DNA of 64,000 nt from Spirochaetia bacterium (GCA_963668315.1 OY764216.1:1536001-1600000); one strand, 5' to 3'. Counted from the stretch's first letter, positions 1 to 10,492 are shown. Notes: generated by a model from the letters alone, not told the origin. Made by a program: numbers and translations.

Positions 1-261
1 GAAATCCGGGAGCTGATGGACCGGACCTACAGGGGAACCATGGGCGGTCTGCACTCTCTTCTGGAAAAGGCCCGGCAGGAGGGAGAGATCCGGCAGGAGA
101 TCGATACGGGGGCCCTGGCCTTTGAGATGACCGCCTTTGCCGAAGGATCTCTCCTGCTGGGAGGCGTCGTATCCGATCTGGACCTTCTGGACATGGGACA
201 GAGGTGTTTTGACAATTTCTGGCTGAGGGTGAGGCCGGATGTGGGAGAGGAAGGAGGCTGA
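1..261 (+). CDS. TetR/AcrR-family regulator, C-terminal part (5' truncated by window)
   Basis: Frame open from position 1. LLEKARQEGEIRQEIDTGALAF is typical of a TetR C-terminal helical domain. Directly precedes an RND/MMPL gene. Confidence 0.75.
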   Translation, partial: EIRELMDRTYRGTMGGLHSLLEKARQEGEIRQEIDTGALAFEMTAFAEGSLLLGGVVSDLDLLDMGQRCFDNFWLRVRPDVGEEGG

Positions 262-262
262 T

Positions 263-3028
263 ATGAATACCGGGGGAAACCTCCGTGAAAAAGCACTGGG
301 ATGCTGGGGACGCTGGGCTTCGATACACTGGGGAAAAACGCTGCTTATCGGACTTGCCGTCACGGCGGTCATGACATTAGGAGTCTCCCGGCTGGATCTG
401 GAAATGACTTTCTTCTCCGTTATGCCGGGGAACTCTTCCCAGGTAAGAGATTTGAAGAGAATCATGAAGGAGTTCCCCTATGCCTCGGGCATTACCGTGG
501 TGGTGGACGGCCGGATGATAGACGATCCTGCCAAGGCCGGGGAACAGATCAGAGCGGCGGTGGACGGGATCGCCGCGGAACTGGAGAAGGCCGAGTATGG
601 GGACTATGTCAAGGATGTCCATGGCCGCTACGAGAATGATTTCCTCCTTGACCACGGCTTCATGCTGAGCGACGGAGATGACCGGGAGAGGTTCGAACGG
701 ATTTTCGCCGATCTGAATCTGACTCCCTTCTTGGCAGGTTTGAATGACGATCTGGAAAGGGAATATTCGGGAAACGAAGAAAATCTGGCCGATGACGAAA
801 TTCAGGCTGTTTCTCAGTTTGAGGGGCTGGGCAGGCTTTTCTCCCTGATGGAGGAGGCCGCCGGCGGGCATATTCCGGAACGGCCCGAAGTCGATGGGGT
901 GCTGGATGCCTTTCTTGTCGGCGAATCCTACTTCCTGAGCCGTGACGGCCGGATGGCCCTGGTTATGGTGCAGCCCACTTTTACCATGGAAGATCTGCCT
1001 ATGCTGGTTCCCGGGGTAAACCTTATTGAAGAAACGGCACGGGAAATCGCCGGAGAGTTCGGGGTAGAGGCCGGCTGCACGGGGATAACTACCATCGGCC
1101 GGGACGAGATGGTCACCAGCGAACAGGGGCTGGCCGCATCGATGCTAATCGCGTTTTTCCTCATACTGGTGCTGATGATTCTGGTCTTCCGTATGTTCTC
1201 CACTCCCGTCATTACAGGCCTTCCCCTGCTTGTCGGTATCTACTGGGCCATGGGAATGACCGGATTCACCATACACCGGCTCAATATCATGACCGCCATG
1301 TACATGGTCGCCCTGATCGGCCTGGGAATCGATTTTGCCATACATCTTCTGACAGCCTACAGACAGGAGCGGGACGGGATAGGGGGTGGGGCGGCCGATT
1401 TTCATGATGCCGTGGCCGCAGCCTTTTCCAAAACCGGACCGGGAATCCTGACCGGAGCCCTGACTACGGCCATCGCCTTCTTTGCCATGCTTACCGCCGA
1501 AACGGAGCTTATGAGGGAACTGGGCATCGTTGCCGGTCTGGGAATCCTTTTCGAACTGGCCGCCATGATTCTTTTCATCCCCGCCCTTATGGGGCTGAGG
1601 GAATCGAGGCTCCGTCAAAAGGGGAGGGAGGAAAAGAGCATCTTCCGGCGGATGAATATCCGCTCCGACCTGGCTTCCGGTCTGGGAAAGCGTGTGATCG
1701 CCCGTCCCGGTACAGCCGTGGGAGCCATGCTGATTCTAACGGCGATTCTGCTTCTTAAAGCCGGTGATGTGGAGATTGAGAACAATCTTCTGAATATGGA
1801 AGCCCGGGGGCTCGAGTCGGTTGAACTCCAGGATACCCTGGTGGAGGAGTTCGAAATGGGGGCCGACGGCCTCTTTATCCTGAGCAATGATCTGGAAGAG
1901 GTGAAAACCCTTGAGAAGAAGCTGAAGAAACTCGATTCGGTGAAGCAGGTCGATTCTATCGGTCCCTTTCTCCTCACCCCGGAAGAGAGGCGTGAGAGAC
2001 TCCCCGGCGTGGAGAGGTTCCGGCAGGAACTGGCGTACCGGACCGTCGACGCCGTGGTGGACGGCCCGAGTCTCTTTGATGAGCTTATCCGTCTGCAGAT
2101 GAATCTGCTGGAGCTGTCCGATATGGCCTATCTGGGGGATATGGAGAAGATGCTGAACACTCTGAACGGCGTCACCGGATGGAACAGCGAAGGGGACAAA
2201 GCGGCCGAGACTTCCCTCGACCGCCTCCTCGCCCTGCTTGAGAACGGCGAAGGAACGGAAGGACTGGCCGAACTGCAGAATCTCCTGGTTCCTCTTCTGA
2301 GGGACAAGCTGAGGCGCATGGCATCCACCGACGATTTCACCCGGGACGATCTGCCCGCCCTTTACCGGAATTCCTATATATCCCCCGAGACGGGGGAATT
2401 CCTGATGACCATCGTCCCCACCAGGAATCCATGGGAAGGGGACTTCCGGGAAATCTATCTGACCCAGATCGGTTCGGTCACAGACAGGGGCACCGGAATG
2501 ATCCTGGCCTCCGATCAGCTTACTATCATGGCCGAGTCGGACGGCTTCCGGGCTTCTCTGGCGGCCCTTGCCGCCATTTTCATCGTCCTTCTGATGGATT
2601 TCAGGAATCTCAAACTGGTCCTGCTGACCATGTCGCCTTTGGGGCTCTCCTTCCTCTGCCTCTTCGGATTCATGGGCTGGACGGGCATCAAGTTTGATTT
2701 CGTCAACATCATCGCCGTTCCCCTCCTTATCGGCATGGGGGTTGACGATGCGGTTCATATCAGCCACAGGTACCTTCTGGAGGGCAAGGGACGGCTTCCC
2801 GAGGTTATCGCCGCAACGGGCACAGCCGTCATGCTGACGAGCGTCACTACGGTCATCGCCTTCGCCTCCTTTATTCCCTCAGTCATGAGAGCCATGAGAA
2901 GCACGGGGATAGTCCTCTCCATAGCCATGGCTTTCGCCTTCTTTTTTGCCATTATCTTTTACTCCGCCCTGCTGAAACTGGTCGCCGACGGCAGCAGGAT
3001 GAATCTGACCCCCTGGAGGAAAAAATGA
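263..3028 (+). CDS. MMPL/RND-family lipid transporter (HpnN-like)
   Basis: About 920 aa, two repeats of 1+5 TM helices with large periplasmic loops. Motifs IGLGIDFAIH and IGMGVDDAVH. AGGAGG SD before ATG 263. Confidence 0.88.
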   Translation: MNTGGNLREKALGCWGRWASIHWGKTLLIGLAVTAVMTLGVSRLDLEMTFFSVMPGNSSQVRDLKRIMKEFPYASGITVVVDGRMIDDPAKAGEQIRAAVDGIAAELEKAEYGDYVKDVHGRYENDFLLDHGFMLSDGDDRERFERIFADLNLTPFLAGLNDDLEREYSGNEENLADDEIQAVSQFEGLGRLFSLMEEAAGGHIPERPEVDGVLDAFLVGESYFLSRDGRMALVMVQPTFTMEDLPMLVPGVNLIEETAREIAGEFGVEAGCTGITTIGRDEMVTSEQGLAASMLIAFFLILVLMILVFRMFSTPVITGLPLLVGIYWAMGMTGFTIHRLNIMTAMYMVALIGLGIDFAIHLLTAYRQERDGIGGGAADFHDAVAAAFSKTGPGILTGALTTAIAFFAMLTAETELMRELGIVAGLGILFELAAMILFIPALMGLRESRLRQKGREEKSIFRRMNIRSDLASGLGKRVIARPGTAVGAMLILTAILLLKAGDVEIENNLLNMEARGLESVELQDTLVEEFEMGADGLFILSNDLEEVKTLEKKLKKLDSVKQVDSIGPFLLTPEERRERLPGVERFRQELAYRTVDAVVDGPSLFDELIRLQMNLLELSDMAYLGDMEKMLNTLNGVTGWNSEGDKAAETSLDRLLALLENGEGTEGLAELQNLLVPLLRDKLRRMASTDDFTRDDLPALYRNSYISPETGEFLMTIVPTRNPWEGDFREIYLTQIGSVTDRGTGMILASDQLTIMAESDGFRASLAALAAIFIVLLMDFRNLKLVLLTMSPLGLSFLCLFGFMGWTGIKFDFVNIIAVPLLIGMGVDDAVHISHRYLLEGKGRLPEVIAATGTAVMLTSVTTVIAFASFIPSVMRAMRSTGIVLSIAMAFAFFFAIIFYSALLKLVADGSRMNLTPWRKK

Positions 3029-3777
3029 GAAATTTCACCATTATGGGGCTTCTGCTCCTCGCTCCCCTCTGCTATGCCCAGAGCGCCGGGGACATTATCG
3101 CCCGGGCCGATGAGAAATTCACCGGAGACCGCATCTGGTCCTACAGCACCATGACGATCATCAGAGGGGGGAAAACCCTTCCCCTCCAGGAAATGGAGAG
3201 CTTTTCCCTGGATACGGGGGAGGATTACCGAAGCCTTTCGGTTTACCGTGCTCCCGCCCGGATGAAGGGGACCGCCTATCTGATGATAGACGACGACCTC
3301 TGGGTGCGTTTTTCCTCCACCGGGCGCACCCGGAAGCTCTCCTCCTCCGCCAGGAAAAACGCCGCCGGGGGGAGTGACTTCTCCTATGCCGACATGGGCG
3401 AGGGGAATGAAGGGATCGGGGAGAAATACGACCTGGCCCTCGGGGGAACGGAAAAAGCCGAAGGGGAGACATGCTACGTCATCCATATGACGCCGAAACC
3501 GGGGGAGGATTCCCCCTATGAGAGGATTACCGCCTATGTGTCCGCCGGTTCGTACCGGTATCTCAAAATGATCTACTTCGAAGCGGGCGCCCCCATCAAG
3601 GAGATGATCCTGACCGACTACCGCGCCGTGGGGGACAAGGAGTACCCCTTCCGCGTAGAGATGAGAAGCCTGACGAAAGACTCGGTGACCATCATGGAAA
3701 CAACCGAAATGGAGTTCGGCTCATCCAGAGTTGAGGAGCGGTTCTTTTCGACGGCCTATCTGCAGACGATACATTAG
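3025..3777 (+). CDS. Outer-membrane lipoprotein-sorting (LolA-like) periplasmic protein
   Basis: Signal peptide, motifs PARMKGTAYL and GGSDFSYADM. ATGA overlap with the MMPL gene. Confidence 0.8.
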   Translation: MRNFTIMGLLLLAPLCYAQSAGDIIARADEKFTGDRIWSYSTMTIIRGGKTLPLQEMESFSLDTGEDYRSLSVYRAPARMKGTAYLMIDDDLWVRFSSTGRTRKLSSSARKNAAGGSDFSYADMGEGNEGIGEKYDLALGGTEKAEGETCYVIHMTPKPGEDSPYERITAYVSAGSYRYLKMIYFEAGAPIKEMILTDYRAVGDKEYPFRVEMRSLTKDSVTIMETTEMEFGSSRVEERFFSTAYLQTIH

Positions 3778-3788
3778 GAGGCTCTTTC

Positions 3789-5057
3789 ATGAGAAAAATA
3801 CTGATTCCCTTACTGGGCTTCCTGGCTATGGCTCCCCTTGCCGCCCAGCTTGTCTTCTATGGCGATTATGCGGCCGCTCTGACCGCCTCCGTCAGGGAGA
3901 ACAATTACGATACCGCCCTGAATCCTGATAATCTATATGGGGTGAAGGACCTGAACCTCTCCCATGAGCTGACCGTCAAAATGGCCGGGGGAGACGAACT
4001 GGCCGATCTGGAACTGTGGTTTTCCCTGGGCCGCTACCCCGTGGGAGCGGGACTGCTCGCCGCATCCTCAGAGGATACCGTTTCCGGTGCCGACAGCCTT
4101 ACCTACGCCCTGGTCGCGGAATCGGGGGACAGTATCTATTATTTTGACCTGATGCGGGCTTCGCTGGGATGGTCCTTTGGCGATTCCCTCCTGGTAAGGC
4201 TGGGACGGCAGTCCCTGCTGACAGGCTACGGCTACGGCTGGAACCCCATGGATTTCGCCAACCCCGTCAAGGATCCGGGAGATCCCGGGGCGGATCTGAA
4301 AGGCGTGGATGCCCTGTCTCTGCAGCTCCTTCCCCGGGACAGGGTGAACATGAAGGTTTACGCCCTTTACGACCGGGCCCAGGCAGAAACCGGGGCCGAT
4401 TATGCCGACCTTATGGGAGGTGCGGAGATAACCTTCTCCTTCCCATCTCTGGAGATGAAGCTGACCGGTTTCCTGGAACAGGACGGTACCGAGGGGGAGG
4501 ACAGCCGGGTTGACGGAGCGGGGGTCGGCTTTCTGGCCGATCTGGCAGGCCTGGGACTCTACGGCGAGGGCAGCCTGCTCTCGGGCAGCCGGGTACTCAG
4601 TCCCGATCTCCTGACACGGCGGGACAGCCTGCTGTTCTGCTTTCTCCTGGGTGCGGAATATGTCTTTCCCTCCGAAACATCCCTGGTGGCGGAATACTTC
4701 TATAACGGAGAAGGGTACGACAGAGGAGAAAGGGAGGAGATCCTCCGTCTCCTGAAGACGCGGACGGCCGGGGCGGACACTCTGTTCAGGCCGGGATACT
4801 ACTCCCGCCACTATGTGCTGGTAAACGGTTCCCAGCCCCTTTACGGTATAAACTGCGAGGCCGGACTGATCCTGCTCTGTTCAGCCGATTCGGGCGCTTT
4901 GACCGTCATGCCCTCCCTGACCTGGAACGGGTCGGGCAGCTTCTCCCTTAACGGCCGGTATACGGGACTTTTAAATCCGGGGGGAGAGGAGAGCAGCGAA
5001 AACGCCCTGGCACCTGTCAGGCACTCATTCAGCATGGAAGGGCGATTCAGTTTTTAA
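3789..5057 (+). CDS. Putative outer-membrane beta-barrel protein
   Basis: Signal peptide, alternating beta-strand pattern, LGRQ..GYGYGWNPMD motif, C-terminal Phe. Confidence 0.7.
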   Translation: MRKILIPLLGFLAMAPLAAQLVFYGDYAAALTASVRENNYDTALNPDNLYGVKDLNLSHELTVKMAGGDELADLELWFSLGRYPVGAGLLAASSEDTVSGADSLTYALVAESGDSIYYFDLMRASLGWSFGDSLLVRLGRQSLLTGYGYGWNPMDFANPVKDPGDPGADLKGVDALSLQLLPRDRVNMKVYALYDRAQAETGADYADLMGGAEITFSFPSLEMKLTGFLEQDGTEGEDSRVDGAGVGFLADLAGLGLYGEGSLLSGSRVLSPDLLTRRDSLLFCFLLGAEYVFPSETSLVAEYFYNGEGYDRGEREEILRLLKTRTAGADTLFRPGYYSRHYVLVNGSQPLYGINCEAGLILLCSADSGALTVMPSLTWNGSGSFSLNGRYTGLLNPGGEESSENALAPVRHSFSMEGRFSF

Positions 5058-5095
5058 CGCTTTACCGGAGGATGGCCTTTTACTATATTGATAGT

Positions 5096-5995
5096 ATGGA
5101 CAAACTGATTCTGTTTTTTATTGACGGCATAGGCCTGGCGCCTCCCTCGGAAAACAATCTGATATCCTCTCTTTTTCAGAGGGAAACCGATGGGAGGGGC
5201 CTCGTTCCCGTAGATGATGTCCTTCATACGGAGACGTCCGTTCTACGCCCTCTGGACGCCTGTCTGGGGGTGGAGGGGATTCCCCAGTCAGCCACAGGAC
5301 AGACCACGCTCTTCACCGGCGTGAACGCTCCCCGCCTGCTGGGGTACCACCTGACCGCCTTCCCCAATGAACCCCTGCTGCCCCTCTTCGAGGAGAGCAG
5401 CATCATGAAGGTTCTGGCCGACCGGGGAGTCAGAGTGACTTCGGCCAATATGTATTCCCGGGAATTTTTCGAAGAACGGGAGAAGGCGGCGAAAAACCGT
5501 TATCCCGCTTCAACCCTGACGATTAAGGCTTCGAAAGTCCCCTTCCGCATGATAGAAGATTACCGGGCGGGCAGAGCCGTATTCGCCGATATCACCAACG
5601 AGCTGATTATCAGCCGGGGCTATGATCTCTCGCCCATCGAACCGGAGCTGGCCGCCGAAAGGACCCTGGCTATCCTTGAGGACCAGGATTTTCTTTTCTT
5701 CGAGTATTTCATGACCGACCATTACGGGCATAAAAGGAACCGGGAGGGACTGCTCCGCAGTGTGGATGTCCTGGGACGGTACGTGACCGCCCTCACGGAG
5801 GGGCTGGATCTTGTCAGGGAAGCCCTTTTGATTGTCAGTGACCACGGCAACAGCGAAGACTTTACCACCGGTTCCCATACACGGAATCCCGTTCCCGGTC
5901 TGCTTATCGGGGGATCGGAGGAACAACGGCGGAAATTTGCCCGCTGCGGCGATCTCATGGATGCCTATGAATTTATGAAAGGGTATTTTACGTAG
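5096..5995 (+). CDS. Alkaline-phosphatase-superfamily metalloenzyme (phosphoglycerate mutase/phosphopentomutase-like)
   Basis: FIDGIG, PQSATG, TDHYGH, SDHGN and HTRNPVP metal-binding motifs. Confidence 0.8.
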   Translation: MDKLILFFIDGIGLAPPSENNLISSLFQRETDGRGLVPVDDVLHTETSVLRPLDACLGVEGIPQSATGQTTLFTGVNAPRLLGYHLTAFPNEPLLPLFEESSIMKVLADRGVRVTSANMYSREFFEEREKAAKNRYPASTLTIKASKVPFRMIEDYRAGRAVFADITNELIISRGYDLSPIEPELAAERTLAILEDQDFLFFEYFMTDHYGHKRNREGLLRSVDVLGRYVTALTEGLDLVREALLIVSDHGNSEDFTTGSHTRNPVPGLLIGGSEEQRRKFARCGDLMDAYEFMKGYFT

Positions 5996-6047
5996 GGTAG
6001 CCTTTTAAAGTTATATTTTACTATAAATTTTCTATTTTCCTCTTGAA

Positions 6048-6063
6048 ACACTATATATAGTGT
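6048..6063 (+). promoter_or_regulatory. NrdR box upstream of nrdAB
   Basis: Perfect palindrome ACACTATATATAGTGT matches the NrdR consensus acaCwAtATaTwGtgt and abuts a TTGAAA -35-like hexamer, 28 nt before the nrdA ATG. Confidence 0.9.
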
Positions 6064-6091
6064 GGTATTTGTATCTGAGAGGGGAATAACA

Positions 6092-8638
6092 ATGCATATA
6101 GTAAAGCGTGACGGTACGCGTCAAAATTACGATAACCGAAAAATCCGCGAGGCCGTGATTAAAGCATTCAGAAGTGTCGATTCGGACCCGGAGGATAAAA
6201 CGCTGGACGAACTGATCGGGAATATGGAAAGGGAGATTTTTTCCCGCCATGGGGAAGGTATTCCCGTAACGGTTGAGTTTATCCAGGATCTGGCGGAGAA
6301 ACATCTCATGGAGATGGATCTCTTTCCTGTGGCGAAAAGTTATATTCTCTACCGGGAAGAACACGGCAGGAAAAGAAGCGGTCGGACTGCTCTGCTGGCC
6401 AAAATCCCTCCCCCCTCCGACGGGGAAAAGGGTGAATCCCTTTCCAATCTGATGAGGAAGATACAGGATACCTACAGGGAGGACGTCTACGATCTCTCTC
6501 TCCTCCACCATAAGTTCGCCGCCTTTTTCAAGGAGGGTATCTCCCGGGAAGAGGGCCTGAGGCTTCTAGTGAAGGCCGCACTGGAGCTGACCATGCAGGA
6601 TGCTCCTGACTGGGAATTCATCGCTTCCCGCCTGGAGTATTACCGGTTCAGCGAATCTCTCGGGCCCTACCTCAGGAAAAGGGGGATAGACTCGTTCTAC
6701 GGGAAGATTCTCTGGATGACCGGGGAAGGTCTTTACGGAGAGTATATCCTGGAACATTATCCGAAGGCGGATGTGGACTTTTTTGAAGAACAGCTGGCGG
6801 AAGAACGGAACGAGCTCCTAACCTACAGCGCCCTTGATCTGCTGATCAAAAGGTATCTGATAAGGGACAGGGAAAACCGCGTGGTTGAAACGCCCCAGGA
6901 ACTGTTTATGGGTATTGCCATGCATCTGTGCATGAATGAAAAAGAGAACAGGCGGGACTGGGTCCTAAAGACCTATCGCATGCTCAGTCTGCTTCAGGTA
7001 ACCATGGCCACTCCCACCCTCTCGAACGGACGCAAGCCCTTTCATCAGCTCTCCTCCTGCTTTATCGATGCTGTCCCCGATTCGCTGGACGGAATCTACC
7101 GGAGCATCACCAGTTTCGCCCAGGTTTCCAAATACGGGGGCGGCATGGGACTCTATTTCGGAAAGGTGCGGGCCGTGGGATCTCCTATCCGCGGGTTTAA
7201 GGGAGCCGCCGGCGGCGTCATCCGCTGGATCAAGCTGGCTAACGATACGGCCGTGGCGGTGGATCAGCTGGGCGTGAGGCAGGGTGCTGTGGCGGTCTAT
7301 CTGGACATCTGGCATAAGGATCTGCCCGAATTTCTACAGCTCAGGACAAACAACGGCGACGACAGAATGAAGGCCCACGACGTCTTTCCCGCTCTCTGTG
7401 TCCCCGACTACTTCTGGCAGAAAGTCGGCGAGGGGCTCGAAGGGGACTGGCAGCTCATGTGCCCCCATGAGATACTTTCTGTCAAAGGGTACTCCCTGGA
7501 GGACAGCTGGGGTGAGGAGTGGACCGCGAAATATAAAGAGTGCCTTGACGACAGGCGCATAGAAAAGCGTTCCATCCCCTTGAAAGACCTTGTCCGTATG
7601 ATCATCAAATCCGCCGTGGAAACGGGAACGCCTTTCATCTTCAACCGGGATCACGTGAACCGGATGAATCCCAACGGCCATGAAGGCATGGTGTACTGCT
7701 CCAATCTCTGCACCGAAATCGCCCAGAACATGAAGCCCTCCCGGCTCAAGTCACGCACGTTCACCGAAGAGGGTGATCCCGTTGTCATAGAGGAGACGGT
7801 TCCCGGGGATTTTGTGGTTTGTAATCTGGCCTCCCTTGTTCTGGGGAACATCGATACGGTGAAGCCCGGCGAACTGGAAGATATCGTCCATACCGCTGTC
7901 AGGGTTCTGGATAACGTCATCGATCTGAATTTTTATCCCGTTCCCTATGCGAAAATCACCAACCGGAAGTACCGTCCCGTAGGTCTGGGTATCAGCGGCT
8001 ACCACCACGCCCTGGTTCAGGCGGGGCTGACCTGGGAGAGCGACGCCCATCTGGCCTGGGCCGACAGGATTTTCGAAAGAATCAGCTACGCCTCGGTGGA
8101 CGCCAGCTCCGCCCTGGCCGCCGAGAAAGGCTCCTATTCCCGGTTCACCGGCTCCGATTGGGAGACGGGGGCCTTTTTTGACAAGCGGAACTACGGCGGT
8201 GAAAGATGGGACGCACTTCGCCGCCGGGTGGCCGAAAGGGGCATGAGAAACGGGTATCTGCTGGCCGTGGCGCCCACCAGTTCCACCTCCATCGTGGCCG
8301 GCACCACGGCGGGAATCGATCCGGTCATGAGCAAATTCTTTCTGGAAGAGAAAAAAGCCATGACCGTTCCCCGGGTGGCTCCGGGACTGAACCCGTCCAC
8401 GTTCTGGCTCTATAAGAACGCCCACCATATTGACCAGAGATGGTCGGTCAAGGCGGCGGGAGTCAGGCAGAGGCATATCGATCAGGCCCAGTCCCTGAAT
8501 CTGTACATCACCACCGAGTTTACCCTGAGACAGGTCCTGAATCTCTATCTGGACGCCTGGAAGGAGGGGGTGAAAACGGTCTATTACATACGGTCCAAAT
8601 CACTGGAAGTGGAAGAGTGCGAAAGCTGTTCCGCATAG
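6092..8638 (+). CDS. nrdA: Ribonucleoside-diphosphate reductase alpha subunit, class Ia
   Basis: N-terminal ATP cone (IVKRDG), ATPTL, SSCF, SNLCTEI, CNLAS, YY, C-terminal CESC. Confidence 0.97.
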   Translation: MHIVKRDGTRQNYDNRKIREAVIKAFRSVDSDPEDKTLDELIGNMEREIFSRHGEGIPVTVEFIQDLAEKHLMEMDLFPVAKSYILYREEHGRKRSGRTALLAKIPPPSDGEKGESLSNLMRKIQDTYREDVYDLSLLHHKFAAFFKEGISREEGLRLLVKAALELTMQDAPDWEFIASRLEYYRFSESLGPYLRKRGIDSFYGKILWMTGEGLYGEYILEHYPKADVDFFEEQLAEERNELLTYSALDLLIKRYLIRDRENRVVETPQELFMGIAMHLCMNEKENRRDWVLKTYRMLSLLQVTMATPTLSNGRKPFHQLSSCFIDAVPDSLDGIYRSITSFAQVSKYGGGMGLYFGKVRAVGSPIRGFKGAAGGVIRWIKLANDTAVAVDQLGVRQGAVAVYLDIWHKDLPEFLQLRTNNGDDRMKAHDVFPALCVPDYFWQKVGEGLEGDWQLMCPHEILSVKGYSLEDSWGEEWTAKYKECLDDRRIEKRSIPLKDLVRMIIKSAVETGTPFIFNRDHVNRMNPNGHEGMVYCSNLCTEIAQNMKPSRLKSRTFTEEGDPVVIEETVPGDFVVCNLASLVLGNIDTVKPGELEDIVHTAVRVLDNVIDLNFYPVPYAKITNRKYRPVGLGISGYHHALVQAGLTWESDAHLAWADRIFERISYASVDASSALAAEKGSYSRFTGSDWETGAFFDKRNYGGERWDALRRRVAERGMRNGYLLAVAPTSSTSIVAGTTAGIDPVMSKFFLEEKKAMTVPRVAPGLNPSTFWLYKNAHHIDQRWSVKAAGVRQRHIDQAQSLNLYITTEFTLRQVLNLYLDAWKEGVKTVYYIRSKSLEVEECESCSA

Positions 8639-8659
8639 AAGCAAAGGAGAAGAAGAATC

Positions 8660-9706
8660 ATGAACGAACAGCTTAGAAGGAAGCCCCTTTTCAATGAAGG
8701 GGGAGAATCGGATGTGAGCAAGAGGCAGATCATCGGAGGGAACACCACCAATCTGAACGATTTCAACAATCTCAAATACGGCTGGGTGTCCGACTGGTAC
8801 CGGCACAGTATGAATAACTTCTGGATCCCTGAAGAGATCAACCTGCAGAGCGATGTGAAGGAGTACCGCCTCCTGAGCCCCGACGAGAGAAACGCCTATG
8901 ATAAGATCCTCTCCTTCCTGGTCTTTCTGGACAGTATCCAGACGGCCAATCTGCCCGCCATGGGAGAATACATCACGGCCAACGAGATTAATCTGTGCCT
9001 GACCATCCACGCCTTTCAGGAGGCGGTTCATTCCCAGAGCTACAGTTATATGCTGGACACCATCTGCTCTCCCGAGGAGCGGAACGGCATCCTCTACCAG
9101 TGGCGGGACGATGAGCATCTTCTGGGGCGGAACAAATTTATCGGCGATCTGTACAACCGCTTCCAGGTTGATCCCAGCCCGGTGAATCTGGTCCGCACCG
9201 CCGTGGCCAACTACGTTCTGGAGGGAATCTATTTCTTTTCGGGCTTCATGTTTTTCTATAATCTCGGGCGCAACGGCAAGATGAGCGGCAGCGTGCAGGA
9301 AATCCGCTATATCAACCGGGATGAGAATACCCATCTTCTGCTCTTCCGCTCCATCATTCTGGAACTGAAGAAGGAAAGGCCCGAGCTTTTCACCGAGGAG
9401 CTGAACCGGGAGTACCGGGAGATGATCCGCCAGGGGGTGGAACAGGAGATAGAGTGGGGCTGCTATGTTATCGGCGACCGCATCCCCGGACTGACAGAGG
9501 GAATGATCCGCTCCTATATCCGCTATCTGGGAAACCTGCGCTGTACCGGGCTGGGCCTGAAACCGCTTTATGAAGGGGAGGAGAAGGAACCGGAATCCAT
9601 GAAATGGATCGGCCAGTACAGCAACGCCAATATGATAAAGACCGATTTTTTCGAGGCGAAATCGACGGCCTACTCCAAATCGACGGCCCTGGTGGACGAT
9701 CTTTAG
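8660..9706 (+). CDS. nrdB: Ribonucleoside-diphosphate reductase beta subunit
   Basis: FWIPEEI, LDSIQ, QEAVHSQSY (radical Tyr), LEGIYF, RDENTH, C-terminal DFFE..TAY. Confidence 0.97.
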   Translation: MNEQLRRKPLFNEGGESDVSKRQIIGGNTTNLNDFNNLKYGWVSDWYRHSMNNFWIPEEINLQSDVKEYRLLSPDERNAYDKILSFLVFLDSIQTANLPAMGEYITANEINLCLTIHAFQEAVHSQSYSYMLDTICSPEERNGILYQWRDDEHLLGRNKFIGDLYNRFQVDPSPVNLVRTAVANYVLEGIYFFSGFMFFYNLGRNGKMSGSVQEIRYINRDENTHLLLFRSIILELKKERPELFTEELNREYREMIRQGVEQEIEWGCYVIGDRIPGLTEGMIRSYIRYLGNLRCTGLGLKPLYEGEEKEPESMKWIGQYSNANMIKTDFFEAKSTAYSKSTALVDDL

Positions 9707-9727
9707 GTTCCGTCCGGGGGGAAAGGC

Positions 9728-10492
9728 TTAGTTCCTCTCTTCCAGCCAGTCGGCGGTCATCTGAAGGACATCCTCTTTCTCTTCTCCCGTGATAAGGACG
9801 TGATGGCTGTTTTTCAGGCGGACTTCCATCAGGGGGCAACTTGCGTCCAGTCCGGCTTTTATGACCCGGCCCGCTTCCAGGGGCACCGATTCATCGGTTT
9901 CGGAAAGCAGGAGGAGCAGGGGGGATTTCACAGCCTTCATCTCCTTCTGTGCTATTTTCTGAAGTTTTCTCAGATGGGCCGCCTGGCGGGGAATATCGAC
10001 TGTCCAGTACTCCTGTCCCAGAATTTTCCGGTCTTCCGAAGCATCCGGTTCCGGTTCCCAATTCTTCTTCAGGGGGCCGATAAGACGCCCCAGAAACGGA
10101 GTCAGATAGAAGAGTCTGTTTCTGACGGCCATGGCCGGCGCCAGAAGGACGGTGCGTCGGGGAGAGTAGCGGGAGGCCAGGATCAGGGCAAGAACGCCTC
10201 CCATGGAAAGGCCGACCAGGGAGACATCCTCATAGAGGGCGCTCAGGTCACGGTAGCAGTCCTCCACATGGAGAAGCCAGTCCCGCCATCCGGTGGTCAT
10301 GAAATCTTTCCTGTTCGTCCCGTGGCCGGGCAGACGGGGCAGGGAAACGGTGTACCCCAGCTCATTCAGTTTTCGGGCCAGCGGGTAAAACTCCCCCGTG
10401 TATCCTGTAAAGCCGTGGATGATGAGAACGGCTTTACTACTGTTTCCCTCCAGATTGAGGGGTAGGGCTTCTTTGACGACTTTTGTTTCCAT
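9728..10492 (-). CDS. Carboxylesterase, alpha/beta hydrolase
   Basis: HGFTG, LPGHG, GLSMGG nucleophile elbow, catalytic Asp/His region. Confidence 0.9.
   Translation of the reverse strand: METKVVKEALPLNLEGNSSKAVLIIHGFTGYTGEFYPLARKLNELGYTVSLPRLPGHGTNRKDFMTTGWRDWLLHVEDCYRDLSALYEDVSLVGLSMGGVLALILASRYSPRRTVLLAPAMAVRNRLFYLTPFLGRLIGPLKKNWEPEPDASEDRKILGQEYWTVDIPRQAAHLRKLQKIAQKEMKAVKSPLLLLLSETDESVPLEAGRVIKAGLDASCPLMEVRLKNSHHVLITGEEKEDVLQMTADWLEERN

Noticed and set aside
1736..2767. 343-aa minus ORF, and similar long antisense ORFs at 32833-33888, 57724-58593 and 62209-63159
   Set aside because: Each lies opposite a well-supported gene and has no coherent protein features.
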